From assembly GCA_902763905.1 (NCBI GenBank), contig CACWUA010000005.1, forward strand, positions 7,373-71,372: a stretch of 64,000 nt of DNA, in the 5' to 3' direction. A program made the position numbers and the translations under genes. Origin of the DNA: an uncultured Pseudomonadota bacterium. GTDB taxonomy: Bacteria > Pseudomonadota > Alphaproteobacteria > RF32 > CAG-239. Within the stretch, counting starts at the first letter, position 1, and every line of letters begins with the position of its first letter. The notes under the pieces are model-generated. The model was not told the DNA's origin and made no database searches. It worked only from the letters and a program-made list of their open reading frames with translations. Shown one piece after another: positions 57,164 through 64,000 of the stretch.

Positions 57164-58438
57164 TTAAATTATTCTTTGCATTTTACAAATAAAGAAAGAG
57201 TCCATTCCGTTTTGGTAATAAGGTAATGTACGAATGGTGCCGTTTGGCAAAATCAGACAATTCTGCCATTTTCCATACGCGGATATTTCATTTTCCGTAA
57301 TCGGGAGCAATTTGAATTGGGGATTATTGCGCAAAAAAGAATCAATTTGTCTTTCACCTTCAAGTTTACATATAGAACAAACACTGTAAACCAAAATTCC
57401 ATTGATTTTCAGGATATTTGCACATAATTCAAGCAGAGATTTTTGTAATTTTGCTTGTTCTATAACATCTTGCCGGTTTTTTATGTGTAGAATCTCAGGA
57501 TGTCGGCGGAAAGTTCCGGTAGCAGAACACGGAGCGTCTAGCAGTACCGCATCAAATTGCTCGGAGGCATTGTGTAAATATTCGACGGCATCGGCTATGT
57601 GCGTCTTAATATTTTGAAATCCGAGTCGCTGTAGATTCTGTCTGAGAGTATTCATGCGTTCGGCAGAAATATCAAAAGCGGTTACTTCGGCCCCTTTTGC
57701 GGCAAGCTGAGCGGTTTTGCCGCCCGGAGCCGCACATAAATCCGCAACTTTCTTCCCGCTAATTTCTCCCATTACGGCAACCGGTAGCGCTGCCGCCGCA
57801 TCTTGAACCCACCATTGTCCGGAAGTATATTCGGGAAGTGTTTGAACCTTAGGCGCATTATGGATTCGGAGACTGCCGTTCGGCAATAACTGAGCATTCA
57901 TTTTTTCTGCTAATTCCCGCGGATTTTCTTTTGTCGTAATATCCAATGCCGGAACAGCGAAAACAGCCTTATTTATTTGCCTTATCTGTTCGGGGGTATA
58001 TCCTTCAAGAATCGATAGAAAAGTATCGGGCAGGGGAGAAATTTTATCTGCCGTATCGCGTAAAATATTTTTTTGAGCGCATACTTTCCGCAGTATTGCA
58101 TTGGCCAATCCGCCCAAAAATTTGTCGCTGGAGGCGCGAATATTTTTGACTGTTTCGTTAATCACTGCATATTCAGCGGTTTCCATATATAAAATTTCGG
58201 CAATGGCAGCCCATAAAAGATATTGAACAATTCTATGCTTATTCGGTATTTTTTTAGCAAGATAGCTGCCTAAAATTTGCTGCAATGCAGTTAAATGCCG
58301 CAACACCGTCAATATCAACATATTGCAAAACGGCAAGTCATTTTCGTAAATTTGTTTTTTTAAATCACTGAAAAAGACTTTATCTTCCAAGATTTTCTGA
58401 ATTATCTTAGCGCTGCTTAGCCGTGGATTCGTCATTTT
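57164..58438 (-). CDS. rsmB: 16S rRNA (cytosine967-C5)-methyltransferase RsmB/Sun
   Basis: NusB-like N-domain, SAM motif DLCAAPGGKT and catalytic DAPCSATG. The start is taken at the MTNPRL Met, and even so it overlaps the RND gene end by about 32 nt. Confidence 0.8.
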   Translation of the reverse strand, partial: KMTNPRLSSAKIIQKILEDKVFFSDLKKQIYENDLPFCNMLILTVLRHLTALQQILGSYLAKKIPNKHRIVQYLLWAAIAEILYMETAEYAVINETVKNIRASSDKFLGGLANAILRKVCAQKNILRDTADKISPLPDTFLSILEGYTPEQIRQINKAVFAVPALDITTKENPRELAEKMNAQLLPNGSLRIHNAPKVQTLPEYTSGQWWVQDAAAALPVAVMGEISGKKVADLCAAPGGKTAQLAAKGAEVTAFDISAERMNTLRQNLQRLGFQNIKTHIADAVEYLHNASEQFDAVLLDAPCSATGTFRRHPEILHIKNRQDVIEQAKLQKSLLELCANILKINGILVYSVCSICKLEGERQIDSFLRNNPQFKLLPITENEISAYGKWQNCLILPNGTIRTLPYYQNGMDSFFICKMQRII

Positions 58439-61400
58439 GTACTTTCTTGAATTTATATTCGGTAACTGTTTGCACCAAAACATACATTAACGGAATCAAA
58501 AGCAAACCGGCAACAGTACCTATAATCATTCCGGAAAATACCGGAACTCCTACCGCAACACGGCTTCCGGCCGATGCACCGCTTGCCCACACCAATGGAG
58601 CAACACCTAAAATAAAGGTCATTGCCGTCATCAACACAGCGCGAAAACGTTCGCGCGTACCATACAATGCCGCCTTCAAAATTGGTACACCTTCGTTATG
58701 CGCATCACGGGCAAATTCTACAATCAAAATAGCATTTTTTGCGGCCAGACCGACCAAGAGTACCAAACCCAGCTGCGCATAAATACTCAGAGACATTTTA
58801 GTAACAAACAAGCCGAACAACGCGCCGAGAGTTGCTGCCGTTACCGACAGCATAACCGCCAGCGGAATCATCCAACTCTCGTATTGTGCCACCATAAACA
58901 AATAAGCAAATAAACAAGCAAAAGCAATAATATAGTAAATTTGCCCCTGATTGTTCTTTTCTTGCAAACTGGAACCGGACCAAGCATAGTTGTATCCTTT
59001 CGGCAGCGTACGGATAGCTAAATCCTCAAGTGCTTGCATAGCCTCACCCGAACTAAAACCGGAGGCGGTCATGGCATTTATGGTTGCGCTCGGATATTGG
59101 TTATAGCGGCTGATACCTCGCGGCAATAACACGGTTTTGATATGTATAAGACTACCTAAAGGTACCATCTGCCCTTTTTCCGAGTGGATATATATTTTAT
59201 TTAAGCTGCTCAGATCTTTACGATATTTCCAGTCGGCTTGTACCTTAACTTTGTTCACCTGAGTCCCGATGTTGATATCATTGATATAGCTCGAGCCGAT
59301 ATAGGTTTGCAGCGATGAATAAATGGAACCGATGGTAACGCCCAATGATTCGGCTTTTTCACGATCAATTTCGATATAAGCGTGTGGCGTTTGTGCATTA
59401 AACGTAGAGTATGCCATCATAATCTGTGGTAACTGCATTGCTTGCATTGTAAAGTTATTTACCACTTTTTCCAATTCGTTCATATCTGCAGATTCAACAG
59501 ATTGAATTTTAAAATCCATAGCGTTGGTCGAACCTAATCCTGGAATGGCCGGCATTTCAAACAATTGTACCTTTGCTTCGGAAAAAGCTCCGACAATTGC
59601 TGAAAGTCGATTTTTGATATTCGTCGAATATTGATCTTTGCGTTTACGTTCACTCCAATTTTTTAGGGATAATACACCAAAACCGACATTCTCACCCTGA
59701 CCGGCCATAATACTGAAGCCTTCAAGGTTGATAACCGATTTTACATCCGGTTCGGTTTGCGCTGCGGCCAAAATCTTATTGTTTACTTCTTTGGTGCGTA
59801 CACTTGACGCTCCCTCCGGTAGTTGTACGTTAACCATTATAATGCCTTGATCTTCATCCGGCAAAAATGATGTCGCGGTCATTTTAAAAAACGCTGCAAT
59901 CAGCAGGAATAAAATTCCCAAAATAAAGGCAATTATACTGATTTTTCTGCCGAGATAACCGATAACTACTAAATATTTATCGGTTGTACCGGTTATAAAG
60001 CGGTTAAACCAACCTAGATACCCCGTCTTTTTAATTTCAAACGGACGCAGAAAAGTCGCAGCCAAAGCCGGAGATAAGGTTAAGGCATTAACCGAAGAAA
60101 AAGTTACGGCAAAGCTGATTGTAATGGCAAATTGCTGGTAAATTTTGCCGGTAATTCCTCCCATAAAAGCAATCGGGACAAAAATTGCCAATAGTACCAA
60201 AGTTGTGGCTACAACAGCACTTGATACCTGTTCCATAGCTTTAATGGCAGCTTGCTTGGAGCTCAGCTTTTCCGATTGCATCAAATACAAAGTGCGTTCA
60301 ACCACCACAATTGCATCATCCACCACCAATCCGATGGCTAAAACCAATCCGAATAACGTTAAAATGTTCAGATTGAAGCCTAAAGCCTTCATAACGGCAA
60401 ATGTCGCCAGAATTGATACCGGAATTGCAATTGACGGCACCAACGTCGCTCGCCAATCCTGTAAAAATACATAGCAGACAAGCACAACCAAAACAAATGT
60501 CAGAAACAACGTGAAAAATACTTCTTCTATTGAAGAAATAATGAAGTCAGTAGTGTCTACAAATATTTCAACTTGCAGATCTTCCGGATAAAAACGCTCA
60601 AGCTTCTTTAATTCGGCTCGTACGGCTTTCATGGCATTAACAGCATTGGCTCCGGATGACTTATTGATGATGATTGCCACCGCAGGTTTGCCATCAACAC
60701 GAGAATCAAACAAATAACTTTCCGAACCCAGTTCAACCCGTGCAATGTCCTTTAAACGTACAAGTCCGCCTTCTTCTGCAGTGCGCACAATAATATTTTC
60801 GAAATCCTTAGGGTTATTCAAACGTCCTTTTGTTTCCAAAGAATAAACAAGCACTTGATGTCCATCGCCCGGTGCCGAACCTACCGAACCGAGAGACGGC
60901 TGCACATTTTGACTGCGAATGGCAGCCTTTATGGTTTCAATCGGAATATTGAGCGCGGTTGTTTTATCGGCATCAATCCACACACGCATGCTGGTTGCCG
61001 CTCCCATAATATTAACTTCGCCAACACCGTAAGCACGGCTCAACGCAATTTTAATGTTGTTTTCTACATAATTGTTCAAATAGTTGCTGTCATAAGTGTC
61101 GTTTGGCGATGTAACTTGCAAAAACGCTAAAATATCGGAAGAGCGGCGGCGTACTGTTACGCCGATGCTTTGAACCTCTTGCGGTAGTGTACTGACCACT
61201 TGCTGAATGCGGTTTTGTACTTTAACCTGATCCAAATCCGGGTCGGTACCTGTCTCGAAAGCAATGGAAAGCTGGTATGCACCGGAGTTATATGAGTTAG
61301 AAGACATATACAGCATATCTTCTATACCATTAATTGCCTTTTCCAACGGAATTCCGACATTATTTGCCACTGTTTCGGCACTTGCTCCCGGATAGTTAGT

Positions 61401-61541
61401 GGAAACCATAATTTCCGGTGGTGCAATTTCCGGATACATGCCGATTGGCATGGAAAATACCGAAGCCAATCCGGCTAAAGCCATAATAATCGCAATTACA
61501 ACGGCAAAACGAGGCCTTTCAATAAAAAACTTTGAAAACAT
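58407..61541 (-). CDS. RND multidrug efflux pump inner-membrane subunit (AcrB/HAE1-like)
   Basis: 1044 aa. MFSKFFIERPRFAVVIAI start, 12-TM/2-loop architecture and conserved VVDDAIVVVE. Confidence 0.92.
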   Translation of the reverse strand: MFSKFFIERPRFAVVIAIIMALAGLASVFSMPIGMYPEIAPPEIMVSTNYPGASAETVANNVGIPLEKAINGIEDMLYMSSNSYNSGAYQLSIAFETGTDPDLDQVKVQNRIQQVVSTLPQEVQSIGVTVRRRSSDILAFLQVTSPNDTYDSNYLNNYVENNIKIALSRAYGVGEVNIMGAATSMRVWIDADKTTALNIPIETIKAAIRSQNVQPSLGSVGSAPGDGHQVLVYSLETKGRLNNPKDFENIIVRTAEEGGLVRLKDIARVELGSESYLFDSRVDGKPAVAIIINKSSGANAVNAMKAVRAELKKLERFYPEDLQVEIFVDTTDFIISSIEEVFFTLFLTFVLVVLVCYVFLQDWRATLVPSIAIPVSILATFAVMKALGFNLNILTLFGLVLAIGLVVDDAIVVVERTLYLMQSEKLSSKQAAIKAMEQVSSAVVATTLVLLAIFVPIAFMGGITGKIYQQFAITISFAVTFSSVNALTLSPALAATFLRPFEIKKTGYLGWFNRFITGTTDKYLVVIGYLGRKISIIAFILGILFLLIAAFFKMTATSFLPDEDQGIIMVNVQLPEGASSVRTKEVNNKILAAAQTEPDVKSVINLEGFSIMAGQGENVGFGVLSLKNWSERKRKDQYSTNIKNRLSAIVGAFSEAKVQLFEMPAIPGLGSTNAMDFKIQSVESADMNELEKVVNNFTMQAMQLPQIMMAYSTFNAQTPHAYIEIDREKAESLGVTIGSIYSSLQTYIGSSYINDINIGTQVNKVKVQADWKYRKDLSSLNKIYIHSEKGQMVPLGSLIHIKTVLLPRGISRYNQYPSATINAMTASGFSSGEAMQALEDLAIRTLPKGYNYAWSGSSLQEKNNQGQIYYIIAFACLFAYLFMVAQYESWMIPLAVMLSVTAATLGALFGLFVTKMSLSIYAQLGLVLLVGLAAKNAILIVEFARDAHNEGVPILKAALYGTRERFRAVLMTAMTFILGVAPLVWASGASAGSRVAVGVPVFSGMIIGTVAGLLLIPLMYVLVQTVTEYKFKKVQNDESTAKQR

Positions 61542-61553
61542 TTTATTTGATCC

Positions 61554-62732
61554 TTATGGCTGTTTTTCCAATATACCTATTTTAATTTGCGAATTGTTCT
61601 GTATTTTAATATTCCCTTGAACAATTACCATTTCTCCTTCAGAGAGTCCGTTAATTACCACTTGCTCCGAGCCGATTGTTTTGCCTAAAATCACGCGCCT
61701 CTGCTCAGCTACACCGTGGAGATCATTTTCCGAGCTTTTTTCCGGATTTATTTTCGCAATGTACACAAATGCCCCGTCTTTATCATAGTTAATGGCCGTT
61801 TGTGGAACTACCAACGCATAAATCGGTTTATCATCGGAAATTGCCGATTGGACATAATTACCCGGAATAAGATTATTTTCTTCATTGGCAACATCGGCAT
61901 AAACCGAGAGTGTGGCAGTGTTGGTGTTAATGGAATTATCCAGAAACATTCCTACCACTTTTTCGGTTATGATATCACCGTTGGCCAATGTTATACGAGC
62001 TGTCAGATTATCTTTTTTATAGTTATGCATTTTGGCGGTGGCATATTCTTTATCCGTCAATGAAAAACTTATGCGAACCGGATTCATTTGCACGATTTTC
62101 GCTAAAGTTACTTGTGAAGTAACCACGTAATTGCCCTTTGTTACCAATGCCTTGCCGATTTGGCCGCTGATTGGTGCACGTACTTGAGTATTATCTAAAT
62201 CAATGGTTGCCAAATCCAAATTGGCTTTAGCTTCTTCTACTGCGGCTTTTGCTTGAAAATAAGCACTTTCAGCCGTGTCAAAAGTGGCTTTGGAAGAAAA
62301 TTTCTCATCGCTTAATTTTACCTGACGATTATAGTCACGCTCGGCTTTAACCAAATTGGCTTGCGCACTGTCTAATCTGGCCTTTGCCAAATCGTATGCG
62401 GCACGATATTTTGACGGATCAATCTCAAACAAAACATCTCCTTCTTTTACAATGCTGCCCTCATCAAACAAAATGTTCTCTACCGTACCGGAAATTTGTG
62501 GTAATAAATTTACTTCATTGATAGCCTCAATGTAGGAGATTTTATTATTGAATGCCGCAATATCTTTATTTTGGGCTTTTTGCGCCAAAATATAAACTTC
62601 CCCCATACCGTACATACCCATTCCGCCGGATGGAGACAGTCGTCCTTTCAGATACCAACCCACCGAAATCAGCAACAGACAAATTAAGATTCTTTTTGCA
62701 ATAAATTTTAAGTCCGGATATTTTATTTTCAT
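61554..62732 (-). CDS. RND efflux periplasmic adaptor (membrane fusion protein, AcrA-like)
   Basis: N-terminal anchor, biotinyl-lipoyl-like GDVLFEID, an alpha-hairpin, and VRAPISGQIG. Confidence 0.88.
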   Translation of the reverse strand: MKIKYPDLKFIAKRILICLLLISVGWYLKGRLSPSGGMGMYGMGEVYILAQKAQNKDIAAFNNKISYIEAINEVNLLPQISGTVENILFDEGSIVKEGDVLFEIDPSKYRAAYDLAKARLDSAQANLVKAERDYNRQVKLSDEKFSSKATFDTAESAYFQAKAAVEEAKANLDLATIDLDNTQVRAPISGQIGKALVTKGNYVVTSQVTLAKIVQMNPVRISFSLTDKEYATAKMHNYKKDNLTARITLANGDIITEKVVGMFLDNSINTNTATLSVYADVANEENNLIPGNYVQSAISDDKPIYALVVPQTAINYDKDGAFVYIAKINPEKSSENDLHGVAEQRRVILGKTIGSEQVVINGLSEGEMVIVQGNIKIQNNSQIKIGILEKQP

Positions 62733-63358
62733 GATTTTTTACTTTCAGTCTTTATACTGTTAAAAATTAAATTGAAACCTGTTATAAGTGCTTCATCGAA
62801 GTCTTTTGAAAGTCTGTGTGTAAATGAAGCCTCAAGCAAACCGCCGTACATTGTCATCAAAATTTCGCAAATCATTGAGACATCAATATCTGCTTTTATT
62901 TGCTTTTTTTGTTGCAATGCCTCTAAAGCGTCTAAAAACAATCGCCGTGTGACTTGTTTGGTTTGTTCTATAGAGGGTTGGATTTTGCTGATGATAGCCT
63001 CACTCCATTCCATCTGGCAGGTTATGAAAAACAAAAACTTGTAAAATAATATATCTTCTCGAATTTTCTTATTGATAAAAAGTTGCATTTGAATAATGCG
63101 CTCGAAACAAACTTCTTGGTGTTGCTCCATAAAAATATTTAACAAGTTGATATATCTTTCGGCAAAATCGTTGATTAAGGCAGCCACAATGTCGGGTTTG
63201 TTTCTGAAGTACCAATAAACGGCCCCCTTGGTCAAATTGATGCGTTTTGCAATCTCATCAAATGTTGTTTTGGAATAACCTTTTTCATAAAAAATATCCA
63301 TTGCGGATGCTAAAATGGCCAGTCTCGTTTGTTCGGCATCTTCTTTTGTTCTGCGCAT
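62729..63358 (-). CDS. TetR/AcrR-family transcriptional regulator
   Basis: N-terminal HTH: GYSKTTFDEIAKRINLTKGAVYWYFRNK. 4-nt overlap with the adaptor gene. Confidence 0.88.
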   Translation of the reverse strand: MRRTKEDAEQTRLAILASAMDIFYEKGYSKTTFDEIAKRINLTKGAVYWYFRNKPDIVAALINDFAERYINLLNIFMEQHQEVCFERIIQMQLFINKKIREDILFYKFLFFITCQMEWSEAIISKIQPSIEQTKQVTRRLFLDALEALQQKKQIKADIDVSMICEILMTMYGGLLEASFTHRLSKDFDEALITGFNLIFNSIKTESKKS

Positions 63359-63454
63359 GGCTTTACTCCGGATTATTTATACTTAAGCGTATGTATAAAA
63401 CGAAAAAACAAAAATGCAACATATTTTTTATACTTTTAGGTATGTATATTTGCT

Positions 63455-64000
63455 TTAGCGCGCCCATGCCGGAACTTTATGTTGAGAATTAACATCTTGC
63501 GTTTCATTTTTATCTGCATTGCGATTATATGTTTTAACTAATTCATCATCAATCGGACTGCTGCCGGAAGATATACGTTTTTGCAGCGGTGGAATGGTTT
63601 TACCGACAGCTTCTCCTCCGTCATCGACAATTTCAGGTAAGGAACTGCTGCCGCCTAAGCCTTCTCCCCCGTCCTCGTCATCTTCCATTCCCTGATCCAG
63701 AGATGAATGGGCAACAACCAACAGATTTTCCATTGTTTCCAATTTTTCTCGGTTATAAAATTGTAAACATTGCTCAAGTGATGGTGCTTCAGAGCCGTAT
63801 TCTCGCCGATATGCCCAGATTGCCAGTGAACAAATTCTGTTACGATAAGCTACCCAACTGTCATACATATCGCGATAATTTCCTTGTTGTAAACTCGGGC
63901 CGTTATTCCACTTACCGACAAACTCATCGTTAATGAACGACTTATAAATATCTTTAATAGCTTGAGAAGAACGACTCAATTCTTCTTTTATACATTCGTC
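63455..64000 (-). CDS. hypothetical protein, 3' part (frame stays open to the window edge)
   Basis: The ORF's listed start is only a TTG and upstream codons remain open to nt 64000. Acidic/Gly-rich segment (MEDDEDGGEGLGGSSS). No motif recognised. Confidence 0.45.
   Translation of the reverse strand, partial: DECIKEELSRSSQAIKDIYKSFINDEFVGKWNNGPSLQQGNYRDMYDSWVAYRNRICSLAIWAYRREYGSEAPSLEQCLQFYNREKLETMENLLVVAHSSLDQGMEDDEDGGEGLGGSSSLPEIVDDGGEAVGKTIPPLQKRISSGSSPIDDELVKTYNRNADKNETQDVNSQHKVPAWAR

Overview
64-kb chromosomal window from an AT-rich (roughly 40% GC by eye) Gram-negative bacterium. GroES/GroEL sequence style, a scattered VirB8 homologue and several eukaryote-like effector candidates suggest a host-associated, possibly alphaproteobacterial organism; this is inference only. 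Most of the window is housekeeping: two ABC half-transporters, a BI-1/YccA protein, apbC, hflK-hflC-degP, holC, kdsD-lptC/A-lptB-(rpoN missing)-hpf-ptsN, gyrB, rpsU, pfkA, rpmB, tRNA-Arg(CCG), nrdD/nrdG, chrA pair, fadL, aas, ssb, mnmA, groESL, a prepilin peptidase, rplY-pth, rsmB and a tetR-MFP-RND efflux operon. No transposase, integrase, CRISPR array or rRNA was seen. Three accessory features stand out. (1) At 10.8-16.3 kb, a very AT-rich locus holds one full-length G/N/Q-rich toxin-like gene. It is followed by two start-less C-terminal cassettes that repeat internal blocks of that gene, each followed by small membrane (immunity-like) genes. This is a polymorphic-toxin or bacteriocin-like system with no recognisable trafficking domain, and it is my best candidate for an undescribed system. 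(2) At 2.0-8.7 kb, two convergent operons encode orphan or effector-like proteins: a GNAT+HExxH giant protein, a YopJ-like protein, an APH-type kinase and an FHGT-motif protein. (3) Scattered oddities include a macro-domain/zincin giant protein, an nrdD whose glycyl-radical domain is a separate 72-codon gene, an lptC-lptA fusion with an internal frameshift, an orphan gene in the rpoN slot, and a tRNA-Arg locus invaded twice by a ~134-nt GC-rich repeat flanked by long duplications. All functional calls rest on motifs read by eye. No database search was run.
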